From assembly GCA_964016885.1 (NCBI GenBank), contig OZ024747.1:54002001-54066000 (forward strand): DNA of 64,000 nucleotides, written 5' to 3'. Positions 13,220-25,209 of this stretch are shown here, piece after piece (position 1 is the first letter of the stretch; the number at the start of each line of letters is the position of its first letter). The DNA is from Eledone cirrhosa (lineage: Eukaryota). The notes beneath the pieces were generated by a model. It saw only the letters and a list, made by a program, of their open reading frames with translations, did no database searches and had not been told where the DNA came from. The position numbers and the translations under genes were made by a program.

Positions 13220-13757
13220 GAAAGAATAATATCAACAATAAACAGCATCAGTAACAGCAGCCGCACCAACACCTCCACCTTTGACACCACCATAGACATT
13301 ACCATTGTTGCCAACATCGCTAACACTACTATCACCATTGCTACCATCACTATCATCAACAACAAGAACAATACCACCACTACCACCACTACCACCATCA
13401 CCAGTATTAACAGCACCCGCACCCCAATCACAACCAACACCACCACCACCACCACCATCAAGAAAAACAACACCAGCAGCTCCTGCACACATGTCAGCAC
13501 CACAAACACCAACACCACCACCACTATCATCATCACCAATACTAAAACCAGCAGCGCAACATCCCACCACCCCCACCAGCAACACTATCACTACCACCAG
13601 CACCACAAACACCGTCACCACCAGTATGACCAACGTAAACACCGTTCCCACCATCATTAACACTCAGAAGAACACAATAACGAGGGAGCTTTTACATGAG
13701 CCTTGCAAGAAATAGCAACCAATTTTCCCTCTAATCACACATCCTACCATTATCTAA

Positions 13758-13945
13758 TGGTGGATTGGCAGTATCGGTAGAGGGTCGGACGCCATGCTTT
13801 GCAGCAAAGAGTTATGGCCCTTTATGGTCTGAGTTCAAATCCCGCCGAGGTTAACTTTGCCTTTCAACCTTACGGGGTCGATCAAATAAAGTACCAGTAA
13901 TACACTGGGATAATTGCTGGCCTTGTGCCAAAAGTAGAAACAATT
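13758..13945 (+). mobile_element. Nin/Deu-like SINE (young subfamily)
   Basis: Near-identical to the element at 1361, flanked by TSD ATTATCTAATG. Confidence 0.92.
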
Positions 13946-14169
13946 ATCTAATGTATGCCTGGGTTTAATTGCACAGGAGAGATACTCTAAATACCTTTGA
14001 TCATAGGACAACAGGATCAGAGCTGACCAAGTGCTACAAAAGAACACCAAGGGCAATAACTCATGGTATCACAGCTACCATAGCAATACGTTTGAACATT
14101 AATGGCTGATAAACTCTTCATTAAAACGCCTATATTAACAACAGCAGCAACAGCAACAGGGATAAAAGA

Positions 14170-14523
14170 TAAAGAGCAGCAACAAAACAGTAAAACACAG
14201 TTACAATGGAATGGAATTGCACTCCGTCAAAGAACATCCTTCTAGTGAAATTAACTATTAAGTTGTTGAAAGTTCTACAGAAACATACACACTTAACGTA
14301 ATTCTCAGGGAGATTCAGCATGCTATAGTATGTTGTGGCCTTTTGCATTGTAAGTACAGTTTCAATTACTGGTCCATTCTATCCAATGTGCGGGCTTCCA
14401 ACCTATTTCTGTCTACCAAATTTTACTCACGAGTCTTGGTTCGTCCCGGAATAAAATACAGCGGGATCGGAATTTGGAATTAATGTTTGTGAAGTGACCA
14501 GACAGTGTTAACCAGAATAGCAT
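14170..14523 (-). mobile_element. Old tRNA-derived SINE (second family)
   Basis: TTTCTGTCTACCAAATTTTACTCAC body, tRNA-like head ending at 14523 and CTCAGGGAGATTCAGC tail; homologous to the element at 3503. Confidence 0.7.
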
Positions 14524-16575
14524 CTCAACGACAACAATAGCTGTAACAATAGCAACATCAACAACATCAACAACATCAACAACATCAACAACAACAATAG
14601 CTGTAACAATAGCAACATCAACAACATCAACAACATCAACAACAACAATAGCTGTAACAATAGCAACATCAACAACATCAACAACATCAACAACATCAAC
14701 AACATCAACAACAACAATAGCTGTAACAATAGCAACATCAACAACAAGAAGAACAACGACAACACTAGCTGTAACAGTAGCAACATCAACAACATCAACA
14801 ACAACAACATCAACACCATCAACAAGAACAACAATAACTATAACAAGAGCAACATCAACAACATCAACAACAATAGCTGTAACAAGAGCAACAACAACAT
14901 CAACAGCAATATCTGTAACAATAGCAACATCAACAACATCAACAACAACAACAACAATAGCTGTAACAATAGCAACATCAACATCAACAACAACAACAAC
15001 AACAGCTGTAACAATAGCAACATCAACAACAACAACAACAACACTAGGTGTAACAATAGCAACATCAACAACATCAACAGCAGCAACAACAGCAACAACA
15101 ACAATAACTGTAACAAGAGCAACATCAACAACATCAATAACAACAACAATAACTGTAACAATAGCAACACCAACAACAACAACAAAAACAACAACAGCTG
15201 TAACAATAGCAACATCAACAACATCAACAACAACAATAGCTGTAACAATAGCAACATCAACAACATCAACAACAACAACAATAGCTGTAACAATAGCAAC
15301 ATCAACAACGTCAACAACAACAACAATAGCTGTAACAATAGCAACATCAACAACATCAACAACAACAACAATAGCTGTAACAATAGCAACATCAACAACA
15401 ACAACAACAATAGCTGTAACAATAGCAACATCAACAACATCAACAGCAGCAACAACAGCAACAACAACAATAACTGTAACAAGAGCAACATCAACAACAT
15501 CAATAACAACAACAATAACTGTAACAATAGCAACATCAACAACATCAACAACAACAACAATAACTGTAACAATAGCAACACCAACAACATCAACAACAAC
15601 AACAATAACTGTAACAATAGCAACACCAACAACATCAACAACAATAGCTGTAACAATAGCAACACCAACAACATCAACAACAATAGCTGTAACAATAGCA
15701 ACACCAACAACAATAACAACAACAACAACAATAGCTGTAACAATAGAAACACCAACAACATCAACAACAATAACAACAATAGCTGTAACAATAGCAACAC
15801 CAACAACAATAACAACAACAACAACAATAACTGTAACAATAGCAACACCAACAACATCAACAACAACAACAATAACTGTAACAATAGCAACATCAACAAC
15901 ATCAACAACAATAGCTGTAACAATAGCAACACCAACAACATCAACAACAACAACAATAGCTGTAACAATAGCAACATCAACATTAACAACAATAGCTGTA
16001 ACAATAGCAGCAGCAACAACAACAGCAACAACAACAATAGCTGTAACAATAGCAACATCAGCAACAGTGACAACAATAGTAACAATGAGACCAATAACCA
16101 ACAACAGAAACAATAGAAATAACAACAGTAGTATAATAATAGCAATAACAACAACAACAACAACAACAGCAACAATAACAACAATAGCTGTAACAATAGC
16201 AACATCAACATTAACAACAATAGCTGTAACAATAGCAGCAGCAACAACAACAGCAACAACAACAATAGCTGTAACAATAGCAACATCAGCAACAGTGACA
16301 ACAATAGTAACAATGAGACCAATAGCCAACAACAGAAACAATAGAAATAACAACAGTAGTATAATAATAGCAATAACAACAACAACAACAGCACCAGTTA
16401 AACCAACAGCAACAACAACAATTACAACAATAACAAAGACTGCAACAACGGCAACAACAACAGCGGCAAAAACAACAGCAGTAACAATAACAACAACATT
16501 ACCAACAAGGAATATGACAACAACAATAGCAACTCAGCACTAACAATAACAACATCAATCACAAGAATAACAACA
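14524..16575. repeat. (AAC)-derived minisatellite, ~33-42 bp unit built on ACAATAGCTGTAACAATAGCAACATCA
   Basis: Dozens of copies of the core, with a higher-order duplication of period ~228 bp near 15.95-16.39 kb. Confidence 0.92.
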
Positions 16576-16671
16576 AAAGGAAGAAGTTTAGGAGGAAGCC
16601 CTATCATACTTAGAAACAGAAACGTGAAGATTGAAATTTATGAAAAAGTTAAAGAGGGAATACATCTATAA

Positions 16672-16859
16672 TAATTGTTTCTACATTTGGCACAAGGCCA
16701 GCAATTACCTCAGTACATTACTGGTACTTTATTTTATCGACCCCGCAAGGTTGAAAGACAAATTTAACCTCGGCGGGATTTGAATTCAGACCGTAAAGAA
16801 CCGTAACTCTTTGCTGTTAAGCATGGCGTCCGACTCTCTAGCGATACTGTCAATCCACC
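16672..16859 (-). mobile_element. Nin/Deu-like SINE (young subfamily)
   Basis: Reverse complement of the element at 1361. Confidence 0.9.
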
Positions 16860-17537
16860 ATAATGATATACCATTTAACTAGTGAAAGAACATAGGTTAT
16901 GTATGTATGTATGTATGTATTATGTTAGTATGTATGTATTATGTTAGTATGTATGTATGTATGTATGTATGTATGTATGTATGTATGTATGTATGTATGT
17001 TAGTATGTATGTATTATGTTAGTATGTATGTATGTATGTATGTATGTATGTATGTATGTATGTATGTATGTATGTATGTATGTATTATGTTAGTATGTGT
17101 GTATATATGTATGCATGTATATATATATATATGTATGTATGTCTATATGTATGTATGCCTGTATGTATGTATGTATGTATGTTTGAATGTATGTATGTAT
17201 GGGTGTGCATGTATGAGTGTATGTGCGTGTGTATATGTGTGTATGTATGTATGATGTATGTATGTATACACGCATATAATTAATACCAATTTCAAATCTG
17301 ATAAAAAATTATTGTAAATTCGAAAATTATGAATAGATATCTTTTAAAATGTCACTTGATTAGTTCTCAGTGATGTCTTATTGTATTATTATTATTATTA
17401 TTATTATTATTGTTATTATTTTCTGTTTATATTTTAAATATGTGTGTGCGTGTGTGTTTGTGTAAGTTTGTAGAGGTGGAAATGTGGAGCGGCAAACACC
17501 GGTGCGTGCCGTTAAAAAAATATTTATGTAAAAAGAT

Positions 17538-17568
<31 letters not shown>

Positions 17569-18530
17569 AAGAAGAAGAAGAAGAAGAAGAAGAAGAAGAA
17601 GAAGAAGAAGAAGAAGACACTTTAACATAATAACGAAACCACAGAAACCACAAGAACAGTGTTAAAAGAACCAGTACAATTTCCCTCCCAACACCAACCC
17701 AAACAAGAAATAAATTCAAAAATCTGTAAAAGAAAAATAAATCGATAAATAAATGATGAATTCCACAAGCTACAATTTTACATATTTTAAGCATCATTTA
17801 AAATATAACAAAATAATATAAGATTGTCTCTATTTTTTCTCTCTCTTTTCTCACGCCATCTCCACAACCACCAACACGACAGCAACCACCATCAACATTG
17901 CATCTTCTACATTTAATGAGGAAAAATTTTAACTAGAAAAAAAATGCTAAATACATAAATATATAATCATGGTACAACGTTGATGTTTATTCATTCAAGT
18001 TTGTTTTTAGTATTACGTTATTAACTTGGTGGTATGTTTTTCCTCCCTTTTAATTATCCATTGGTGTATTTTTCTTTTTGTTCCCATTTATAGTTATATA
18101 TGTGTTTCTGTGTATGTGTGTGTGTGTGTGCATATATATACATGTGAGCATATATATTACATATATATTATTGTTTGAAAGATTTTTAATCTATTTAGTC
18201 TTAGCCATAAATTTTAGACTATAATCCGGTTTGAATGCTTATTTAAAAAAAAAATGTATATGTATATATATATATAAGATTAAAAATTAATGAACACACT
18301 TGCACACTCACACATATTCACACTTGTACACACATAGTAAAACAAACACTCACAATGCGTTAAAATTGACAAGTAAAGAATAAAAATACATAAATTGAAA
18401 ATATATTGCTAAAAAAGTATTTTTAAAAGTGAAAAATAAAATTAATATGTTTGTCTCTCAAATCCTTCTGCTAAGCCAGAAAATATATAAAAATATATAT
18501 AAAAATGTCTAAAACATGTATAAATATAAA

Positions 18531-19541
18531 ATTTTGAACATGATATTAGGAAAAAATGAAATGTATACGAATAATTTTTAAAAAAATGTAAATTGGTAAC
18601 AAATGTGACACTTTTATTGGTTGTTTGTAGCTCTTCTTTAGAAGTGTGTGTGTTCGTATGTGTATGTATTTAACTGTGTTGCCAAGTGGCGGAGTATATA
18701 GTTCATGTGTTCGTATATGTCTGTGTCTCTGAGTGGTTCCGTTTGTATCTATATGTATGTGTCTGTCTGAATTTTTAGTACGTATACTTGTGTCAGTTTG
18801 TATGTATGTTGGTTGGTTTTCGTTTGTGACTCTACTGAGGATTCAATCATGTCAAAATGTGAGAGCATAGGTGTGTGTGTGTGTGTGGGGGGTGTATGTA
18901 TGTGTGTGTGTGTGTGTGTGTGAGTGTCTGTCTTTTTTTGTTTGTGTGTGTAAACTTCGTGTGCAATAGTGTTTTTTGTCGGCCTTTGTGTCTATAATAT
19001 CTCCGAAAAAAAAGGAACCCTGACTCTATAATGCATGGTCGTCTATAATATATCAATGTCATATGATTGAAAATTGACTAACTGAAAATTGTTTAGAAGA
19101 TCTGTTCCGTTGCCGGTTTGACAACACCACCTGGCTTTTCTGTCTCTTTAGCAGAGTCTAGTCTGTTGCAAACATTTGGGCTTCGTCTTCAATTGGAAGA
19201 TAAAGATGACACCATTTCGTAATGAATTCTATATTAACAACGACCTTATATAGAAGGTTTTTTTTTGTTATATCTGCTAGCAAAACAGTGAAAACCTTCT
19301 TCACATAATACGACACCGCCGTTTAAAATGGGAAAGTAGACAGTGGTGAATATAATCCTAGATAAACTTTGTTTGAAAAGATGAAATTCGATGAGATTTG
19401 AACATGATATTATGAAAAAATGAAATATATACAAATAATTTTTTAAAAATGTAAATTGGTAACAAATGTGACACTTTTATTGGTTGTTTGTAGCTCTTCT
19501 TTAGAAGTGTGTGTGTTCGTGTGTGTCTGTGTTGCCAAGTG
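18531..19541. repeat. ~150-bp dispersed direct duplication (18531-18688 and 19397-19541)
   Basis: TTTGAACATGATATTA...GTAAATTGGTAACAAATGTGACACTTTTATTGGTTGTTTGTAGCTCTTCTTTAGAAG...CTGTGTTGCCAAGTG is present twice. Confidence 0.85.
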
Positions 19542-19819
19542 AGATTTGAGACAGAATCCGCTCTGTTATCACTCGACCACCTAGAAACAGCAGTCAAATC
19601 TCCCTCAAATTACACTTTAAACAAATCGGAAAGCAAACATTTGTCAATGTACTACTAAAGACAGTATGTTTGGAAAGAAAAATAAATTGGATGATCTTAG
19701 GTAGAAGTACTGAATCAGGGTTGACCTTGGGGCTTAGTAACCATAGAAACCATTATATCACTTGGGGAATACATTCTGTTCATGCACGGTTTTGATTTCA
19801 TAACAATGAGACACTGAAT

Positions 19820-20600
19820 AGTTCTTCAAAGTTCGATCAATGGAATTGCCTACTGGTTAGATCAACGTGCAAATGGTTGACTCTTCTGAGACAGGGACCT
19901 GTGTACTTTCAATATAATTAACAAGTTACTCAGCGTGAAACGGTGTATGTCAAATTTAATTCTTTGAACTTCAACTAAAATTCATTGTGTTATAATGTGA
20001 CGGAATATTTCACAGAGACATGGTCTTTTACCGTAGTCTTATGGCAGAATTGCTGTAAAAATGGTTCTTTGAATAAGAGTCACGAGCTTTGAAATAATTT
20101 TTTACGTGAACAAAATTTCATTCGCGAAGCTTTGGTCGACCCGAGACTATAGTAAAATATACCTGTCCTTGATACCTTGCTTCAGAATTGAACTGAGACA
20201 TCCTGGTAAGCAATCTTCTTAAACATTCAACCATGCTGGCTTCAAGATGACAAATTTAACAGGGTTGTAGGGTGCAAAAATACTTTTCCAATTTCTGACT
20301 ACCAAATTACACCCACAAAATTTAGGTCAACCCAAAACTATGTTAAAATACACCAACCATAGATTTAACGTAGTGAAATCGAATCTGGATATTGTGATTG
20401 ACAAGCAAACGTCTTAACTACTCGGCCACGATGATAACACTATTATTGTGAAATGTGCAAATCTATTTTCACAGTTCATGCATAAGTTTTAGGTGAAAAA
20501 GAAGCTATGTTAAAATACAGAAGCCCAAGTAGCCCCGAAGCGAAATCGAACACGAAATGTTATGCTTGACAAAGAAACTGCTTAACCAAGTGGTCACGTT
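19820..20600 (-). mobile_element. Cluster of three co-oriented decayed tRNA-SINEs (second family)
   Basis: Three repeats of TTTGGTCGACCCGAGACTATAGTAAAA..AATCGAA..TTAACCA-like modules end near 20240, 20430 and 20600. Confidence 0.65.
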
Positions 20601-20619
20601 GGTAACCTTAACATGTCTG

Positions 20620-20970
20620 CTTCTTCTTCGTCTACTTATTCCTGACAGGGTCGTGGGTGCAGAGTCTTGATACACTCCCTCCAGCGGGTTCTCTCAGAAG
20701 CAACCGTTTCTAACTGATACAGCTGGATCCCCAAGCGAGACGAGCGAAGCTCATGGATGTTATCCAAACATCTTGATCGGGGTCTACCCTTGAATCTGCC
20801 CTTGAATCTGCTGCCGGGTGGTTTTCCACGTAAAATCTATCCAGCGATTCTTTTCTGAGGTATTCTAATCACATGCCCATAGTATCAGAGCTGTGATCAC
20901 TCAATTTGGAGAAGTAGTGGCTCTACCTGGAGTGACTCTCTGATCTCTGCGCTACGCACTTTATCATGGT
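20620..20970 (-). mobile_element. RTE-clade LINE 3' end
   Basis: The minus strand translates as HDKVRSAEIRESLQVEPLLLQIE*SQL*YYGHVIR...KGRPRSRCLDNI...RWRECIK and ends in a (GAA) tail. Same family as 57850-58170. Confidence 0.85.
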
Positions 20971-20984
20971 GTCATGTACACAAA

Positions 20985-21153
20985 TATTTTCACGGTCTCC
21001 GTCTAACAAATTTCAGGATCAAGGTTTTGGTGAACCCGAGGCTATATTGAAACAAATACGTAAGTTCATGTCCAAAGAGCCTCGAAGCGAAATCGAACGC
21101 AGAATTTTGTGATTAACAAGAAAATATAATATCGTAACCATTCGGCCATGCCT
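20985..21153 (-). mobile_element. Decayed tRNA-SINE (second family)
   Basis: The minus strand reads AGGCATGGCCGAATGGTTA..GCGTTCGATTTC..TATAGCCTCGGG..GTTAGACGGAGAC. Confidence 0.7.
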
Positions 21154-21401
21154 AGATCTCCACAATGGCAACAGTAACATGATCTAATGTGCTAAATTAC
21201 TGTCACAAGGATCTGAACCTCCACCTTCACCTCCACTCACCCTTGCCTTCCTCTTTCTTCGCCCCCACCCTCTCTTTCTTTCATTCATTTAATATTAATT
21301 AGTTAATGCAATCTTGCAAGCTTTAACGAACAGAAATTGCAATCTAGGAATTCTCAAAAGACTTGCATTGCATCAAATGCATTTTACACGCTGCATTTGA
21401 T

Positions 21402-21402
21402 A

Positions 21403-21468
<66 letters not shown>

Positions 21469-21585
21469 GTTGCTGCTGCTGCTACTACTACTACCACTAT
21501 CACCAATACTGCTGCTGCTGCTAGTACCACCACCATAAACACTACCACAAGCACCACCACAGACGCCACAACCACCACCACCACC

Positions 21586-21641
<56 letters not shown>

Positions 21642-22510
21642 AACCACTACTGCTGCTGCTGTTGTTGCTGCTGCTACCACCACAACCGCCAACACAACCT
21701 CCAACCCCACCAACACCACCACCACCAACAACCCCACCACCACCAACCCCACCAACACCACCACCACCAACCCCCACCAAAACCACCACCACTACCACCA
21801 CTACCACCACCAACAACCCCACCACCACCGCCAACCCCACCACCACCACCACCACCACCATCTCCACAACCACCAACCCCACCAAAACCACCACCACTAC
21901 CATCACTACCACCACCACCAAACCCCACCACCACCACCACCAACCCGACCGCCACCAACCCACCTACTACACCAACCCACCATCACCACCACCAACCCAC
22001 CATCACCACCACCAACACCATCACCACCATCACCACCACCAACACCATCACCACCACCACCACCACCAACCCCACCAACACCACCACCACCACCACCACC
22101 ACCACCACCACCACCACCACCACCACTACCACCACCACTACCACCACTACCACCATCAGCATCACAACCACCAAAACCACAACTGTTGTTGTTGTTGTTA
22201 CCCTCATTGTTACTGTTGATGTTTCTCTCTTTGTTATTGCTGACAGCATTGTTGTCGTTGTTTTTGTTGTTGCTGATAGTATTGTTGTAGTTGTTGTTAT
22301 TGTTCTTGATTCTGTTGTAATTGCTCTCAGTATTGTTGTTGTTGCTACTGTTATTGTTGTTATTGTTGCTGTCGTTGTTTTATGTTGTTTTATGTTGTTG
22401 TTGTTGTTGTTGTTGTTGTTGTAGTTGTAATTGCTGTCAGTATTTTTGTTGTTGCTGCAGTTATCGTTGTTATTATTGCAATCCTAGATTGTCTTGTTAT
22501 TGTTGTAGTC
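21402..22510. repeat. Compound (ACT)n/(ACC)n/(TTG)n low-complexity tract
   Basis: Directly visible. Confidence 0.9.
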
Positions 22511-22554
22511 AATGATTATAATTTTGCTATTATTCTATGAATTATTCTTCGTTG

Positions 22555-23000
22555 GATTGGCAGTAGTGTTAGAGAGTCAGACTTCATAGTGTGTAATAGT
22601 ATACAGTTACGGTTCTGTACAGAGTTCAAATCCTACCAAGGTCAAATTTAACCTTCACACTTCATGGTTGATATAAAAAAAAAAGTACCAGTCAAGTACT
22701 GAGTTCCATTCTTTCTATATATCTCTTTCTCACTTCCTTTCTGTCACTCTCTCTATCCTTCTCTTGCAGAAATCTGCTGTCTTCAGGCCTGGAGAAGAGA
22801 TGGGCTCCATCAAGTTTTGAAAAGATGCCTAAGAAAGCCATATGTCAATACGGCGCCCCTATGACTCCTCATGAGTTACGGGTCCTTAACACCACCAACT
22901 TCAGGGTTCAATAAAATATAGTACCAGTCAGGCGCTGGGGTTGACGTAATCAACTTTTCGCCTCCACACAAATCGTTGGCCTTGTGTTTAAATTAGAAAC
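22555..23000 (+). mobile_element. Two decayed Nin/Deu-like SINE pieces (22555-22705 and 22900-23000)
   Basis: GGATTGGCAG..GAGTTCAAATCC..AAGTACCAGT, then a second AATAAAATATAGTACCAG..GGCCTTGTG..TTAGAAAC. Confidence 0.7.
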
Positions 23001-23331
23001 TATACTTAATATTATTGCTGTTGTTTGTTGGTGTTGTTGTTGTTGATGCTGTTGCTGTTAATGTTGTTTAACCCCAGGTCGGATTTGATCGAGTAGATTA
23101 GGATCCTATGACATCTCAATAATTATCTCGGCCATTTTGCATAATTAGGACTACATTACGTCATCAGCCTTCTCGACTCTGTTAGAGTGTAATTTTAAGA
23201 GAGAGATTTTGACTACTATTTCCAGCAAGTCAAGCAGTCATCTTTTGTGCATGAGGATAATGATGTACGATAGTCGTGGTGCAAGAGGTGACGATGACAA
23301 CGAACGCAATGATGATGATGATGATAATGTT

Positions 23332-23365
<34 letters not shown>

Positions 23366-23669
23366 GGTGATAATGAAGAGGAGGGGGTGGGGAGAGGAGG
23401 AGGAGAAAAAGAAGCGGGTGGGGGGGGGGGTTGGCATGAAGACCATTGTCACGACGATGATGATGGCGACTACGATGATGGTGATGCTGACGACGATGAT
23501 GATGATAATAATGTTATACTAACGATGACGACGGCGACGACGATGATGACGATGTCGGTGATGATGATGATGATGATCATCATCATCATCGTAGTGTTAA
23601 TGATAATGATGATGATGATTAAGATAATGGCTTTATTGGTATCGTTGTCACAGTTGACAATATTGTTAT

Positions 23670-24046
23670 GAATTGGCAGTATCGGTAGAGGGTTGGACGC
23701 CATGTTATCTAGCATAGTTACGTCCCTTTACGATCTGAGTTCAAATCCCGCCGAGGTTGACTTTGCCTTTCATCCTTACGGGGTCGATAAAATAAAGTAC
23801 CAGTAATGTACTGGGTAATTGCTGGCCTTGTGCCTAAAGTAGAAACAATTATTAAGGGCAGTGGATTGGCAGTATTGGTAGAGAGTAGGAAACCATACTT
23901 CGGAGCATAGAGTCATGGCCCTTTATATTCTAAGTTCAAATTCCACCGAGGTTAACTTTGCCTTTCATCCTTACGGGGTCGATAAAATAAAGTACCAGTA
24001 ATGTACTGGATAATTGCTGGCCTTGTGCCTAAAGTAGAAACAGTTA
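23670..24046 (+). mobile_element. Head-to-tail dimer of young Nin/Deu-like SINEs
   Basis: Two complete copies (23670-23851 and 23856-24046) separated by about 4 nt. Confidence 0.92.
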
Positions 24047-24129
24047 TTTAGATATATAAGGTTTCCTTTACGATTCCTCTCCACCTCCAGCTACCACTCC
24101 TAAACTTACGAGAAAAACATATGGAATGT

Positions 24130-24750
24130 TGATGTGGTGGTGGTGATGGTGTTGTTGTGCTGCTTGGTGGTGGTGGTGATGGTGGTGGTGGTGGTGGTGA
24201 TGGTGGTGGTGGTGGTGATACTGGTGATGGTGTTGTTGTGGTGCTTGGTTGTGGTGGTGATGGTGGTGGTGGTGGTGATACGCTGATGGTGTTGTTGTGG
24301 TGCTTGGCGGTGGTGGTGGTGATACTGCTGATGGTGTCGTTGTGGTGCTTGGTGGTGGTGGTGGTGGTGGTGGTGGTGGTGATACTGGTGATGGTGTTGT
24401 GGTGCTTGGTGGTGGTGGTGATGGTGGTGGTGGTGATACTGCTGATGGTGTTGTTGTGGTGCTTGGTGGTGGTGGTGATGGTGGTGGTGGTGATACTGCT
24501 GATGGTGTCGTTGTGGTGCTTGGTGGTGGTGGTGATGGTGGTGGTGGTGGTGATACTGGTGATGGTGTTGTTGTGGTGCTTGGTGGTGGTGGTGATGGTG
24601 GTGGTGGTGATACTGCTGATGGTGTCGTTGTGGTGCTTGGTGGTGGTGGTGATGGTGGTGGTGGTGGTGATACTGGTGATGGTGTTGTGGTGCTTGGTGG
24701 TGGTGGTGATGGTGGTGGTGGTGATACTGCTGATGGTGTTGTTGTGGTGC
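24130..24750. repeat. ~36-51 bp (GGT)-derived minisatellite
   Basis: About 12 copies of GGTGATACTG(C/G)TGATGGTGTTGTTGTGGTGCTT with variable (GGT)n. Confidence 0.9.
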
Positions 24751-25209
24751 TGTTGTTGTTGTTGTTATTGGTGGTGGTGTAATGGTGATGGAGTTGTTGT
24801 TGTTATTTGTGGTGGTGGTGGTGGTGATGCTGGTGATGGTGTTGTTGTTGTGTGTGGTTGTGGTGGGGGTGGGGGTGATGGTGTTGTTGTTGTTGTAGTT
24901 GTTGTTGTTGTTGTTGTTGTGGTGGTGGTGGTCCTGATAATGATGATGATGATGATGATGATGATGATGGTGATTTTGATGATAATGATGATAATGATGA
25001 TGATGATCGTGATGATATGTATGTAACTAGATCAACGTGCCAAGCTGCCCCATAAGAGTGGGTGGGTTTAATTGTTTTAATTAGAAGTAACTCTCGTCCA
25101 CCTCCACCCACACCTAACACCTGCTCTCGCTCCTCTCACTGTTACTCATCATCATCATCTTCTTATCTATATTAGTCATATAGACACCTTCTTCATTACA
25201 TAGGCCTCA

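Noticed and set aside
14431-14523. Minus-strand exon candidate MLFWLTLSGHF..EPRL ending at GTGAGT
   Set aside because: The sequence is the head and body of a decayed SINE, and the apparent donor is part of the SINE consensus.
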